A stretch of 64,000 nucleotides of DNA from Eledone cirrhosa (GCA_964016885.1 CAXHJY010001315.1:25251-89250), one strand, 5' to 3'; positions 43,488 to 59,409 are shown, counted from the stretch's first letter. Made by a program: numbers and translations. The notes: generated by a model not told the origin, from the sequence alone.

Positions 43488-43843
43488 GATAGGTGGAGAG
43501 GGAGGAAGGAAGAACGAAAAAGTGAAGTTTCTATTCATTTTCCCGGGCGACAGTTGTCACCGCTAGTATTTGAACAAACGCGTGTATTTATAGCTTCAAT
43601 CAAATTCTTGCTATAGTTCGTCTTTCACACTAATTACGACTGTTTAAAACTAGGCTTAATGTCCTAATGTTTGTCACACTTGTGACATGGTGAACGCTGA
43701 TTTACATTAGCTATTGAACAACGGCAACTTTCTCTGCAGATTACAAGTAAATTATTTTAAGGCGGTAAATAAGATCCTTGTATAGAGCTATGTAATTGGT
43801 TCTATGCTCGATCTTTAAGTGGAAAGCAAAATTATACCATCAT

Positions 43844-43906
<63 letters not shown>

Positions 43907-43960
43907 TATATATATATATATGTATAAATGTATGTATGTATACACACACACACATATATA

Positions 43961-44061
<101 letters not shown>

Positions 44062-44105
44062 GTATACACACACACACACACATATATATATATATGTATA
44101 TATAC

Positions 44106-44140
<35 letters not shown>

Positions 44141-44394
44141 GAAGGATTTTAATGGATACAGTTTAGTTAAGAAGGAATTTATTGACACGTGTTTCTATAA
44201 CAGTTACATAACCTGAAAACAGCTGCTATCTACAAAGTATTAGTTATGTAGACATTCAATATTTCAATGTTATTATCAACTGTCATTTCATCGGAATCAC
44301 CGAACCGTCGGAATCACTGGAACCGTCGAGCAAACTCTGCGTGAGCTGTCCATCTACTGTGTGTAATATTTATATTACAACACTACGGAAAATA

Positions 44395-44443
<49 letters not shown>

Positions 44444-44447
<4 letters not shown>

Positions 44448-44715
44448 GGAGGTGAGTTTTATTGTAGTACAATAAAGCAATGCAGATATCGGATAAGAAG
44501 CACTCTACAGTTTGTAGGACTGGAGTATATATAATATATAAGATCAAAAGATGGTATGTTGATTTAAAACTGCACTATCCACAAGTGTTTTTTAGCCTTC
44601 ATATCATGTTCTCCTGTTTTATCTGATGAAAACACAAATATTATTGCATGATGATGTTTGTTTTTGAAATGCGCATAATAAAATACATGGAACTCCTTTA
44701 ACCATCTTTTGATCT

Positions 44716-44722
<7 letters not shown>
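44444..44722. mobile_element. Family E HHR element, head-to-head arms (HHR 44615-44685 +)
   Basis: UGUUUUAU-CUGAUGA-AAAC..long stem II..UUUU-GAAA-UGCGCA-UA-AUAAAAUA. Confidence 0.85.
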
Positions 44723-44762
<40 letters not shown>

Positions 44763-45249
44763 AATATACATGCATACATGCACCTTACAAAAATTGAGAA
44801 GCTGAGAAGTAAAACAAAATCCACTTATATGATTCGTTGCACTGTTGACTAAGATAGTGTATCCAGTACCATAATTGGTTATGATATGGACTAACATAGT
44901 TATTAGTTTGCATTCCAAAATTATTTGATTTAAATCTTATGCTAAATACAAATTTAAACATAGTTAATTTCAAATATGCAACAGTAAAAATCACACACAG
45001 CTAAACATCACACATACACCACAACGGAATGCATTTGCTGTGATCATACTAAATATACTTTTGAAAAGAAAATGCTAGTGAAAATATAATATTAAATGAA
45101 AGCGGTGTGCTTTGTGTGAGCGGACCAAGATTGAATATTGACGTACAAGTACGTCAATACTTATACTTTTCCACTCAGAGGGTTTTAAAAACTCCCCGCT
45201 ATCAGGCTAATTCCACCAGAGTACTCGATACTTGGGATAGTAGAGTGGG

Positions 45250-45303
<54 letters not shown>

Positions 45304-45637
45304 TTTCAGACGCCTCTGTTGAGCTCGCCTGTCTTCGTGAAACTTTTGGTAAATGGAATAATTGTATTGTGTTGTTTATTGCATGATTAAATAGCTCTGT
45401 ATCACACATAGAGCACTCTACTTCCTATACCCTTTCTACGGAAATACTTCATATATATATATATATCAAGCGTGAACCTAATACTAACACTTTGTACTGC
45501 ACTCTTTGTTATTGTTTTTGGTTTTTGTTTTAACTTATATATATATATATATATACAGTATATATATATAAGAAAGGGAAATATACCCAAGACATATGTT
45601 TGATTTTGTATCATTCATGACACCCTTTACTTTGAAT

Positions 45638-45709
<72 letters not shown>

Positions 45710-45772
45710 AGACGTAAAATAAGAAAATTTTAAAAAATTAACTTACTAAAAATTAACTTACTAAAATTTTCA

Positions 45773-45851
45773 CTCCAACTAATTAGTTTCTGCAATGGGA
45801 TAAAGACAGTTACGTAATAAACTGTTGAGAATTCATTGCGTCATCAGGGAG
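45773..45851 (-). ncRNA. Hammerhead ribozyme with long stem II
   Basis: Minus strand CUCC-CUGAUGA-cGCAAUG...CAUUGCa-GAAA-CUAAUUAG-UU-GGAG. Tail runs to (TA)n at ~45708. Confidence 0.82.
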
Positions 45852-46097
45852 GTCTATTCTCAGCTAAGTCTCCAGGCAATGCGCGAACACTGGGGACTCA
45901 TATAAAAATAATAATAATTCGGTAAATGGAACAGCTAGCGGGGACTTATTTTACGTCTTATATATTATTGTTCTGCATCCTCCTGCATTGAACCACCTAG
46001 GTACTATGACATAACCTGTGTATTTGCTGGCATTAGCGTACATCTGTACGCATATGTTAGTAGATATACTAAATTCTATATATATATATATATATAA

Positions 46098-46144
<47 letters not shown>

Positions 46145-46716
46145 TATATAAATACTCTTGTGAGGAGTGGTGACCAGTAGACTGTGTCAACAATAGAAAG
46201 TCCAACGGACGGAAATATAGTTTCGTTAGTACGATCTGACGACCGACTTCTTTTTCTTTTGCTATTCAAGTTCTAACTATTTAATCGATCCTGAAAAACA
46301 AAATGAAAGCCAAACTCTTTCACAGCAAGAATTGAACTCAGAAACACAAAGGCTGTAACTTAATACTGCAAGACATTTGACACCCTAACATTTCTGTTCA
46401 CTATCCTGCCATTTTCTTTATATTTGTCTAAATATTTACAGCCGGATACTGCAGGTTTTCTGACGTGAACAGAATAAAAGAAACATAGCAATGTATCTAC
46501 TGCGAACATGTCTTTTTTTATTGTTTCTTTGTATATGATACTTTGTTTTGTATGCCATTTTTTAACAGGTCTTCCTGTTATTGTTATTAGTAGTAGTAGT
46601 ATTAGTAGTAGCTATATTAGTTATTGTTGTTGTAGTTGTAGTTCTAGTAGTCGTAATAGTAGTAGTATATATATTTTTTTATTATTACGGCACGCTTTTC
46701 AGTAACAATATATATA

Positions 46717-46789
<73 letters not shown>

Positions 46790-46890
46790 ACATACATATA
46801 TGTATATATATATATATACGCATATATATATACATGTGTGTGTGTGTGTGTATATATAAATGTATGTTTATATATATGTATATATATATA

Positions 46891-47038
<148 letters not shown>

Positions 47039-47039
47039 C

Positions 47040-47128
<89 letters not shown>

Positions 47129-47413
47129 AAAAAAAGCATGCGTCAATCTAGTAAAGTCCATCACCATGGACACAAATGATAGCTTGTCAGTCAGATGAGA
47201 CCTGATAGAGTGTGCTGGGTTTTGTCAACAGGAAATACTTTCGAAAAGATCAAAACCAACAACAATAACAGCAGTTATCAAAAATAAACCAAGATATAGT
47301 TGTCTGTGAGCTTTAGAGTCAAATGTCAAAACCAGTTAGCAAGTAATCTAACTGTTAAGACGCTGAAGGCTATCGAATATGTTGCAAGTCTCTCTCACTC
47401 TCTAACTCTTTCA

Positions 47414-47469
<56 letters not shown>

Positions 47470-47497
47470 TGGCTGTATATATATATATATATATATA

Positions 47498-47692
47498 TAA
47501 CGAAGGAAATGTGGTAAGGAACCAGGTGGACCATAACGCACCAAAGTACTCAATACTTAGGGTAGTAGAATGGGTAATAGGAACCAGTAAGACCCCGACG
47601 GCTGAGCTCAAGCCGTTTCGACGGCTAATTCTGTCCAGAATTAGCCGTCAAAACGGCTTGAGCTCAGCCGTCGGGGTCTTACTGGTTCCTAT
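47498..47692. mobile_element. Family D element, head-to-head arms
   Basis: Palindrome 47577-47692 centred at ~47634. Holds the HHR 3' half GAAA-CGGCU...AGCCG-UC. Confidence 0.82.
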
Positions 47693-48537
47693 ATATATAT
47701 ATATATATATATATATGGTATGGAATACTGTTAGCTTCTCGCTACAACAATTTCTATACTTTTCATTTATATATATATATGTATATATACATATATATAC
47801 ATATATGTATATATGTATCCCCTCTCTCTCTCTCTCGTACCCTTCATCATTCACTTTTTCTACCGCTCTCTCTCTCTCTCTCTCTCTCTCATTATCTCAC
47901 TCCCACACTTTCCCTCTCTCTCACTCTCTCACTCAATCACTGCTTAAATTCTCTTTTCTTCTCTATCAGTATATCTATCTCTTTCATACACACATTCACA
48001 GGTTTTAATTCAAATACATATACATACATACATGCATACATACATAAAACATGCGCAAACATAACTGCCCACGCATACAAATACATCGTATACAACAAAT
48101 ACACGGAGTTAAAACATTTATAGACATATGCAAACATAGCGAGTAACAAAACCTAAGATTTTCAACGTTTCTTTCACGGATTATCATTATCTTCTGCCAG
48201 CGAGTTAAATAAAAATACCAATATCCTTACAGCTTATACAATAATGTTTCGATTACAGGACATCATTGGTTGTAGAATATCAGGTTATATAAAGTTAATT
48301 TTTCTTTTTCTCGTATGGTCGTGAATGTTTAGTGGGGGAAAATATATAGGGCATTATGTTGTACATGTTTTACTGAATGGTATTCGCTACGTTAAGTAAA
48401 GTGGAATGACTTCAAAAGAGCTTCAGTTGTTGGTCCAACATCGTCATTGGTTTACATTATTCTATTCAGTTTTATGACTTGGCCAAAGCAATATTAGCTT
48501 CTTAAGTTGCCAAAAATTAGAACATTATTATAAGTAA

Positions 48538-48726
48538 AGGGCGGTGGGTTGGCAGTATCGGTAGAGAGTCGGACGCCATGCTTTCCAGCATAGTTACGTC
48601 CCTTTACGATCTGAGTTCAAATCCCGCCGAGGGTAACTTTGCCTTTCAATCCTTACGGGGTCGATAAAATAAAGTACCAGTAATACACTGGGTAATTGCT
48701 TGCCTTGTGCCAAAAGTAGAAACAAT
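48538..48726 (+). mobile_element. tRNA-derived SINE, full length
   Basis: Same SINE family. Confidence 0.88.
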
Positions 48727-49004
48727 TATTATAAAGAGGTGTGTTCGATTAAGGTAACTCCAATACTTGACGTGCACTTAATGCTATCTATTTTGTCTTA
48801 CTATCCTGTTTCAACACTTCTTTTGACTAATAAGAAAAATTAATAACACCCCCCCCCCCCACACACACACACACACACACAAATGAGCATTTCCTGAGCG
48901 GTCATAAATTCTGGAGGCTGTCTATCAAGATCAGCAATAGGCCGTGCTTGAGCTACAGGAAAACCCTGTCTTTTGACATCAAGAATCACTATGCAATAAA
49001 AATG

Positions 49005-49226
49005 ATTTCTAATATAAGCACAAGGCCTGCAAATTTGGGGAAAGTGAAAGTAAATTAAATCGATCCCAGTGCATTACTGGTGCTTTATTTTATCGACCAG
49101 GTAGGGATGAAAGGCAAAGCTAAGCTCGGCGGGATTTGAATTAAGATATAAAGGGCCGTAACACTATACCACGAAGGCACAAGACCAATAATTTTAGGGG
49201 AGGGGGATACTGCCAATTCACCACCC
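49005..49226 (-). mobile_element. Diverged SINE
   Basis: Meta-like domain and B box. Confidence 0.7.
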
Positions 49227-50151
49227 TACAGTGCAATACTTATGCTTACATATATACAGCAGAGGGAGGCGACATGCAGTTATAGAGTACCATTTTTAAC
49301 AATGGTTACGCTCCCACAGCACTCGGGAACTTACATATTACATATATATGTGTGTGTGAGAGAGAGAGACAGTGTGTGTATCTGTGTGTGTGTGAGTGTG
49401 TGTGTGTATGAGTGTGTATTATAATTAGAATTAAAGACACCAAATTCAATAAACAACAAGGATTATAACCACCATGTATATTAAGCGTGTATATTCTCTA
49501 AAGTATAACTATGGTTAAGATATATATTTACGTCTGTAGTTCCATTCATATAAAATTAAATTTCTAACTTTCTAAGATTAGATCGTGCGCCGCACGTCCT
49601 GCAAGTTTTCTAGCATATATCCACAAGGAATGAATTCAATTAAATATAGGATCTGCGACCATATAAGATAATTGAGTTTAATCTGCAAATGATATAGATT
49701 ATAAAGGTCTCAATATGTAAATTATTGTAGTTTTGTAATCATCTTAGTTGTGTTGTAGATTACGAAAGATATTTCATCAATACATATACAAACATTGAGG
49801 TCGACGGAAAAAAATGTGAGTAATTTAAGCATCAAAAAGGCCGTTATCATACACAAGAAAACACTGATAAATAATAGATTGGAAATGCACGTAGCGGATT
49901 GGCTATTAAAACGACTACACGCATATATATATTTCAGATATTTAAATCGTTCGTTTTCATTTTGAAAAGGGGGTTTGGCCCCGAAATATCATATTCGATT
50001 ATACTGGGTAAAATATTGCTTTGTTTTGTTTTATTTGTCATCATTTGTTCTTTATATATTTCTGCCATATTGTACCACCGTTTGGAAACACATCAGTCAT
50101 TTATTATAAACATACGTTTAAAATGTTTGTGTTCCGATGCGATCGACCATA

Positions 50152-50330
50152 ATAATTGTTTCTACTTTTGGCACAAGACAATTTTCCCAGTGTATTACTG
50201 GTGCTTTATTTTATCGAACCCGTAAGGGTAAAAGGCGAAGTTAATCTCGGCGGGATTTGAACTCAGACGATAAAGGGCCGTAACTCTTATCTGCAAAGCA
50301 TGGCATCCAACCCTCTACCGATATTGCCAA
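50152..50330 (-). mobile_element. tRNA-derived SINE
   Basis: Same SINE family. Confidence 0.82.
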
Positions 50331-50377
50331 ATAAATCTGGTCTATCAATGTTGTTTAAACACACACACACTTACTTG

Positions 50378-50464
<87 letters not shown>

Positions 50465-50472
50465 GGTATATA

Positions 50473-50571
<99 letters not shown>

Positions 50572-50677
50572 TATATGTGTGTGTGTGTATATAATTCTAT
50601 ATATATATATATGTGTGTGTGAGTGTGTGTGTATATATATATATATATAAATATATATATATGTATATATATATATA

Positions 50678-51055
50678 TACAATATTAATAAATGGAAACT
50701 ATATTTATAAAACCATATTTATTTCATTATATATATTTCAAGGATACCAAGTTAAATCATGGTATGCCTTCATCAGACAAAATACAATATATGGCCTCTA
50801 AAAACAACGGTCACCTTTTTGAAAGGGTACGTCAATATCTATTTGTAAAACTGTTATATATTGTATTTTGTCTGATGAAGGCATACCATGATTTAACTTG
50901 GTATCCTTGAAATATATATAATGAAATAAATATGGTTTTATAAATATAGTTTCCATTTATTAATATTGTATATCTACTCCAAATATTTGTCGAGTGCTTT
51001 ATATCAGTTATAATAATATTTGCTTGTTGTATCCCAACAATTTAAATAGAACTTT

Positions 51056-51059
<4 letters not shown>
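50678..51059. mobile_element. Family B subfamily HHR element, head-to-head arms (HHR 50864-50928 +)
   Basis: Arms 50678-50790 and 50857-50970. Stem II AGG-cAUACCA...UGGUAU-CCU. Confidence 0.87.
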
Positions 51060-51103
<44 letters not shown>

Positions 51104-51104
<1 letters not shown>

Positions 51105-51330
51105 TATAAGATCAAAAGATGGTTAAAGGAGTTCCATGTATTTTATTATGCGCATTTCAAAAACAAACATCATCATGCAATAATATTTGTGTTTTCATCA
51201 GATAAAACAGGAGAACATGATATGAAGGCTAAAAAAACACTTGTGGATAGTGCAGTTTTAAATCAACATATTGTTTATTGCTTTATTGTTTATTGCTTTA
51301 TTGTACTACAATAAAACTCACCTCCTACAT
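51104..51330. mobile_element. Family E element, head-to-head arms
   Basis: Minus arm 51105-51270 plus a short plus-arm tail with a duplicated junction. Confidence 0.82.
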
Positions 51331-51899
51331 ATATATATATGGTATATATATATGTATATATATATGGTATATATATATATATCGTCAATAAAATTCCATT
51401 GGTGGATGGAAGTTTGTGTTGGTATGAGACAGAGAGAGAGAGAAAGAGAGAGACTCGCATACATACCGATAGACAGAGAGAGAGAAAGAAAGTGTCAGAG
51501 AGAGGGAGAGAGGGTGAAGGAGAAAGAGAGGGCAGGGGAGAGTGACAAAGGTGCTGTGGGCGTGATTGGTTGAAACAAGCGAAATAAAAATTCATTGATA
51601 GAAATATAAAGTACATATAAAGTACATATAAAGTACATATGAAGTACATACACGTATAAAGTACATATAAATATATTTGATATCTGACATCATTCCATAT
51701 ATATACTAGATCTTACAAGACATAAATATCTATAGATACCAGTAATTGGGTGATGAGTAGCAACAGCAGTAACAACAGCAACAACAGCAGCAATGGTAGA
51801 CACCCAAGCAACACAGGAAAGAATCGATTATACAAGCAAAGATCCAATAGACAGATATCTATATCCTATCGGGGGCCTATTTAGAGTAGCCTACATACG

Positions 51900-51936
<37 letters not shown>

Positions 51937-52200
51937 TTCTAATGCATTATTTTTTTCGTTTTAGTCGTGTAGCTTTTGTTTTTGATGAAGAGGTGCCTTT
52001 GTTTTTGTTTTTAATTCTGTTTTTTTATTTTTTGTTTTCTTTTTTTTTATATGTATTGGTTCGTTTTTTTTTTTTACAAAGCTAGAATTTCTGATTGACA
52101 TGCTTCCTGAACTGGTATTCAGTCATAAGCTAATGCCGAAGAAATACTACATGAGACTAGACACGTGCAAAGAGAGTATGAGATTGTGAGAGCAGTAGGA

Positions 52201-52260
<60 letters not shown>

Positions 52261-52382
52261 GAGAGAGAGAGACAGAGACATAGACACAGAGAGAAAAACA
52301 GTGACATAGACAGAGAGAGATAATGAAAACTTGAAAAGAGTGAAAGTGAGATGGAGCAGAGACTAAGATGGAATATATATTA

Positions 52383-52515
<133 letters not shown>

Positions 52516-52552
52516 ATATATATATATATATAAATATATATATGTATATATG

Positions 52553-52654
<102 letters not shown>

Positions 52655-52676
52655 CAGCAAGAAAGCAAAGACAAGA

Positions 52677-52718
<42 letters not shown>

Positions 52719-53153
52719 AGCAACAACAACAACACCACTAACAAGAACATCTACAAAGATTTATTTAGTAACGAACAACAAGCCTTTCTCTCTTTCGTAG
52801 ACCGATTCCATTTGATGCTACTAACAACCATGTTTGCAGTTGGAATCGTTAAGATTGAAAGCACGTTCTGACCACGCGTATTGAATTTACTTTGTTTAGT
52901 TCTCGAGGGAAAAAAAAATTAGCAGTGAAAATCTTTATTTGTTTATATATTTATATATTTTGTTTATGTATTTGTTTTTCGATAATTTTTTTTTCTTACT
53001 TATGTTTTTTATTTTTTTTTTTTTTTTTGCAGCTCTTACAAAATAACTATATCGATCCCTCTACTTCGATCATTTAATTGATATAAAGATTACTGTACTA
53101 TTAATCTTAAATATTTATGGTATTGTTTGTCTGTCAGGATACATACGTACCTG

Positions 53154-53249
<96 letters not shown>

Positions 53250-53250
<1 letters not shown>

Positions 53251-53430
53251 TCACCTTTTGAAAAGCAGAAGAACTGCGAAACCGGTAGAGGAACCAAATA
53301 AATATATATATTTTTTAAAAAAATAAGACTTCAGTTGCATTTTCGATTTCATCTCTTTTTCTTTATACTTTCACTCGTGTAGGACACCTCGGTTATTTTT
53401 CATTTTGTAAAAAAAAACCTCACTTTCTAA
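53250..53430 (+). mobile_element. Family G HHR element (HHR 53254-53291)
   Basis: CCUU-UUGAAAA-GCAG aagaa CUGC-GAAA-CCGG-UA-GAGG. (TA)n flanks. Confidence 0.8.
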
Positions 53431-53466
53431 TATATATATATATATATATATGTAGATATAGATATG

Positions 53467-53512
<46 letters not shown>

Positions 53513-53774
53513 ACTATATATATATATATATATATAGTTATATATACCTGATTACCTTTATTTTACGCTTTTCTATCGGCAGTCTAAATGTGTATCTAAC
53601 TAGACATCTCTGTGGCTATCCACAGCATTTCTAGAGGTATATGTGAATTAAGTACGTATTAAATATGTTATACAGGTACTTTATTTATCGACCTCAAAAC
53701 GAATAACGGTAAAGTTGAACTCTTCGGGATTTGAACTCAGAGCGAAGGGATCCGGGACAAATACCTTTGTATAA

Positions 53775-53805
<31 letters not shown>

Positions 53806-53945
53806 TCCAGGTGAGATTAATGTAGGTTCACCCAGAGGAGCACTCAATGTTTAGGTTCACGATATATATATGAATCCAGTGATCCAATAAGATATCCAAG
53901 TGGAAGTTCAGGTACAATCCAGGTAAAAGTTCAGTTCAAGGGTGT

Positions 53946-53983
<38 letters not shown>

Positions 53984-53988
<5 letters not shown>

Positions 53989-54411
53989 AGATCAAAAGAT
54001 GGTTAAAAGAGTTCCATGTATTTTATTATGCGCATTTCAAAAACAAATATCATCATGCGATGACATTTGCGTTTTCATCAGATAAAATAGGGAGACATGA
54101 TATGAAGGTTAAAAAACACTTGTGGATAGTGCAGTTTTAAATCAACATATCATGATATGTTGATTTAAAACTGTACTATTCACAAGTGTTTTTTAACCTT
54201 CATATCATGTCTCCCTATTTTATCTGATGAAAACGCAAATGTCATCGCATGATGATATTTGTTTTTGAAATGCGCATAATAAAATACATGGAACTCTTTT
54301 AACCATCTTTTCATCTTATATTATTTATACTCCAGTCCTACAAACTGTAGAGTGCTACTTATCCGATATCTGCGTTGCTTTATTGTACTACAATAAAACT
54401 CACCTCCTACA
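53984..54411. mobile_element. Family E HHR element, near-perfect palindrome
   Basis: Arms 53984-54152 and 54153-54321 with few mismatches. Tail runs to (TA)n. Confidence 0.9.
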
Positions 54412-54621
54412 TATATATATATGTATGTATGTACTATCGTATGTTCTACCATAAATAAAGTGCATAAATATTACATACTCATAGTTACGAAAGAATAGAT
54501 TAATCGATGGTTAGACAGATGCATGTGTTCTGACAGAGAATGAAACAGATGTTAGATAGACAAACAAATGGACAGTCAGATAGATAAAAAGATAGATAGA
54601 TAGATGTGTAAATATGTATAA

Positions 54622-55377
<756 letters not shown>

Positions 55378-55477
55378 TATATATATTGTGCAGTCATTTC
55401 TGGCACCATACCTGAATAGAAGAGTTTCCAACGTCCATCCAAATCTACGTTACTAGAACCACGGTACTTTGTTAAAG

Positions 55478-55760
<283 letters not shown>

Positions 55761-55781
55761 ATATATATATATATATATATA

Positions 55782-55791
55782 TTAGAAAGTG

Positions 55792-55829
<38 letters not shown>

Positions 55830-56489
55830 ATGAAAAATAACCGAGGTGTCCTACACGAGTGGAAGTATAAAGAAAAAGGGATGAAATCGAAAATGCAACT
55901 GAAGTCTTATTTTTTTAAAAATATATATATTTATTTGATTCCTTTACCGGTTTCGCAGTTCTTCTGCTTTTCAAAAGGTGAGTTGAGATGGAGGGTCTGT
56001 GGTTTTTCTCACATCTGGTTGGTCTCTAAATGTTACTTGTTTTATATGGAAAAACTGGCTCGAAAACCAAGTTTTTCGAGAAGTAATTTGATTGGTTTGT
56101 CAATAATTATAATAAATTTCGCGCCAGTTCGCGTTACAATAGTTCTTCAAATAAGAGAGGGGGGGGGTTTGTCACAGGTTGTTTTTTCATATATGAGTGT
56201 TTGAATTTCTTTTTACTTGAAAAAATGAGGCTCACGAAGGCTTTTTTTTGGTTGGTTATAAATGAAATTTGGCTGTCACGTGAACAAGTTTTCATTACAT
56301 TTTTGCGCCCTTATTTGGAAAACTATTCTGTAGTCTATAGTGAATGTTATGACGATGGAGAGATAGTGGTCAAGGGAAAAGGGATTGGGAGAAATGTTCT
56401 GGTTCAGTGAATATGGCCAGCTGTCAGAGTTCAGGTGTCAGAGTTCAGATTTTCTATTGAGACTGAAGATATGTGTTTATTTGTGTGCT

Positions 56490-56528
<39 letters not shown>

Positions 56529-56778
56529 ATTGGAAGATGATTCTATTAGTAGAGATGGGGGAGGGAGTTGTGTGTGTGTGTATATGGGTGTTATGTGTGT
56601 GTGTGCGAGTATGTTAGATAGAGAGAATATATATTTTTTGTGTGTGTGTATATATATATGTGTGTAGGAAAGTGGTTCTATTAGTAGAAATGGGGAGGGT
56701 GTTGTAGGTGTGGGGGTTTTTATGTGTGTGTATGGGTGTTATGTGTGTGGGAGTATGGTTAGCATGTTAAGATGAAGA

Positions 56779-56813
<35 letters not shown>

Positions 56814-57218
56814 GTGTGTGTATGTGTGTGTGTAGGAAAATGATTCCTTTAGTAGGAATATTTTTGAATGAACATATTTTCCTGACTTTTTCGTGTTTGC
56901 TGTTGTATTGCCAGTGCAAACGTATGTTTAAGGTTTATTTAGTTCGGGTTTTTATTTTCTAAAGTAGGTGTTATGTGTGTGTGTGTATGTCATATTGTGG
57001 TGTTGACATAATGTATATTAAACCTTATTTAATGTTGGTCTATATTTTTGAATAAACATATTTTCCTTATTTATTCGATTAGTAGGCGGAGGGCCGGAGA
57101 TTGGTACATTTCGCCGCGGTAGGCGATAGCCCGCCGACCTCCCTCCTGGCTCCGCCTTGAAGTGGCGAGAGAGCTTTAGCCCTGGAGGTCCGAACAGTCG
57201 TAAGGACCTCCCGGGTGA

Positions 57219-57223
<5 letters not shown>
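55782..57223 (-). mobile_element. Long (~1.44 kb) non-coding family G element between (TA)n tracts (HHR 55941-55978)
   Basis: 3' part matches 53250-53430. No convincing ORF. GC-rich structured end at 57083-57223. Its full extent is inferred. Confidence 0.55.
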
Positions 57224-57257
<34 letters not shown>

Positions 57258-57262
<5 letters not shown>

Positions 57263-57522
57263 TTCAAAATATTAACAAAATAGATATTCTTGTGATCAAG
57301 TATATTTTATTATACATATTTCAGAGGTACTGAGTTAACGTCAACAGTACGTCCTCATCAGATAAAATAAGATGATGCATGACATACCCTGACATAGTAG
57401 ATGGTTAAGATTCAGTCATGGTAATATTAATAACTCTGAAAAACCAAAAACTGTTGAGTGCTTCCAATCTATTGTAAAACTCATTCTTTGATTTATTCAT
57501 TGCACTTTGTTTAACCTTTAAA
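57258..57522. mobile_element. Family O element, back-to-back arms (HHR 57303-57369 -)
   Basis: Minus strand UAUUUUAU-CUGAUGA-GG..GUACUG...CAGUAC..-GAAA-UAUGUA-UA-AUAAAAUA. Plus-arm tail carries GAGTGCTT. Confidence 0.78.
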
Positions 57523-58612
57523 TATATATACATATATATATATATATACATATGAATATATGTATGCACGTATGTTTGCATGTATGAATGTCCGTATGTA
57601 TGTGTATCATCTACAGCTAGAAGTATGTATTTATGTTTGTTGTTGTGAGAAGAAATGTGAGCTAGACCGTAATAATAGATATGTTGTCCGCGTAAAAGAT
57701 TTAACTAAAATGTATAGAATATTACAGCCTCAGCAATTTCCCGTTTATATACGCGGTCTGTGTGAAATTGTGTATATGTTGTGTTTTATTATGTTTATGT
57801 GTATGTTTATGTTACATGAATGATTATGCGTGTGTTATGTGTGCCTATGTATATACTTATGTTTGTATGTATTTGTGTGTATTTGTTTTTAAATATAGCC
57901 CAATAGTTCTGTATGTAGTGGTGTATAAACGACCTTACATGTCGTTCACTATAAATATGCAATATAAAAGTGTGTATATTAGCTTATAACACTTGGCAAA
58001 CTTGCTATAAACTGCCGAGACATAAATTTTGGTCACAGTTAACAAACAACAACACGTCTCCAATGAAATCTGTTTAAAAAAGGAAAATAGATAAAAAGAA
58101 AATTAATCAGCAATGGCTATGAAATTTGCACATGATCAAATTTTATATTGTTTCAGTGCAAGCCAATAAAATAATGGGTCTCTAAAATTAGCAATTGCTG
58201 CTAGCAATAAGAACGAAACTATTCGCCATTAAATTTAACACCAAATACTAAACAGACCCTTTAGTGTCATTAAATTTGACACCAAACATGAGTCTATCTC
58301 TCAGGAGCAAAATGTCAGAGTGTTTAAAGCTGCGACGAGCTAGAATTTCTACAATCGATTACTTTGTACAAAATGGCGTATATGAAACAGTAGTTTTTGT
58401 CTCGTAGCTTTTCTCTCGAACATATTACGTCACCCAAAGCAAAATGTTTGTCTTTATAAGGTTAATCACATTCAATGCAGTGTAACTCCCAATCTACGTG
58501 AGAAAAAAAGCTTGTTTTCGGCCTTTTTCTTCTTCAGGCAGTATTATATATATATATAATATAATACATATATATATATATATTTATATATGTATATATA
58601 TATATATATATG

Positions 58613-58690
<78 letters not shown>

Positions 58691-58696
<6 letters not shown>

Positions 58697-59095
58697 ATCA
58701 AAAGATGGTTAAAGGAGTTCAATATATTTTATTATGCGCATTTCAAAAACAAACATCATCAAACAATAATATTTGTGTTTTCATCAGATAAAACAGGAGA
58801 ACATGATATGAAGGCTAAAAAAACACTTTTAAATCAACATATGTTGATTTAAAACTGCACTATCAACAAGTGTTTTTTTAGCCTTCATATCATGTTCTCC
58901 TGTTTTATCTGATGAAAACACAAATATTATTGTTTGATGATGTTTGTTTTTGAAATGCGCATAATAAAATATATTGAACTCCTTTAACCATCTTTTGATC
59001 TTATATTATGCATACTCCAGTCCCACAAACTGTAGAGTGCTTCTTATCCGATATCTGCATTGCTTTATTGTACTACAATAAAACTCACCTCCTAC

Positions 59096-59096
<1 letters not shown>
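58691..59096. mobile_element. Family E HHR element, palindrome
   Basis: Centre 58840/58841 (CAACAT|ATGTTG). The left arm has a short deletion. Confidence 0.88.
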
Positions 59097-59123
<27 letters not shown>

Positions 59124-59126
<3 letters not shown>

Positions 59127-59340
59127 GGCTGTCCCAGAAAAGTGTACTTATATACCTGTACAGGCAATATTTATTAGAATGCACAGCCTTTTCCAAAAAT
59201 AAAATGATCTACACACATAATTCACTTGTATTTAAGGGACGTAACTCTATGCTGCACAGTATCTGACCTTCTACCAGAATTCATTTTTTTAATGCATATT
59301 TTTAAAGATTTTGGTGCGTATACATTTATATATATACACC

Positions 59341-59345
<5 letters not shown>
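59124..59345. mobile_element. Degenerate Tc1/mariner-like MITE
   Basis: Imperfect TIRs (TAGGCTGT..AAAGTGTA / TACATTT..ACACCCTG-TA) in a TA context. Confidence 0.4.
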
Positions 59346-59402
<57 letters not shown>

Positions 59403-59409
59403 CTATATA

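Noticed and set aside
57083-57223. HDV-like ribozyme call
   Set aside because: P3/L3, the GG after P1 and the catalytic C junction do not fit. Kept only as an unclassified structure.
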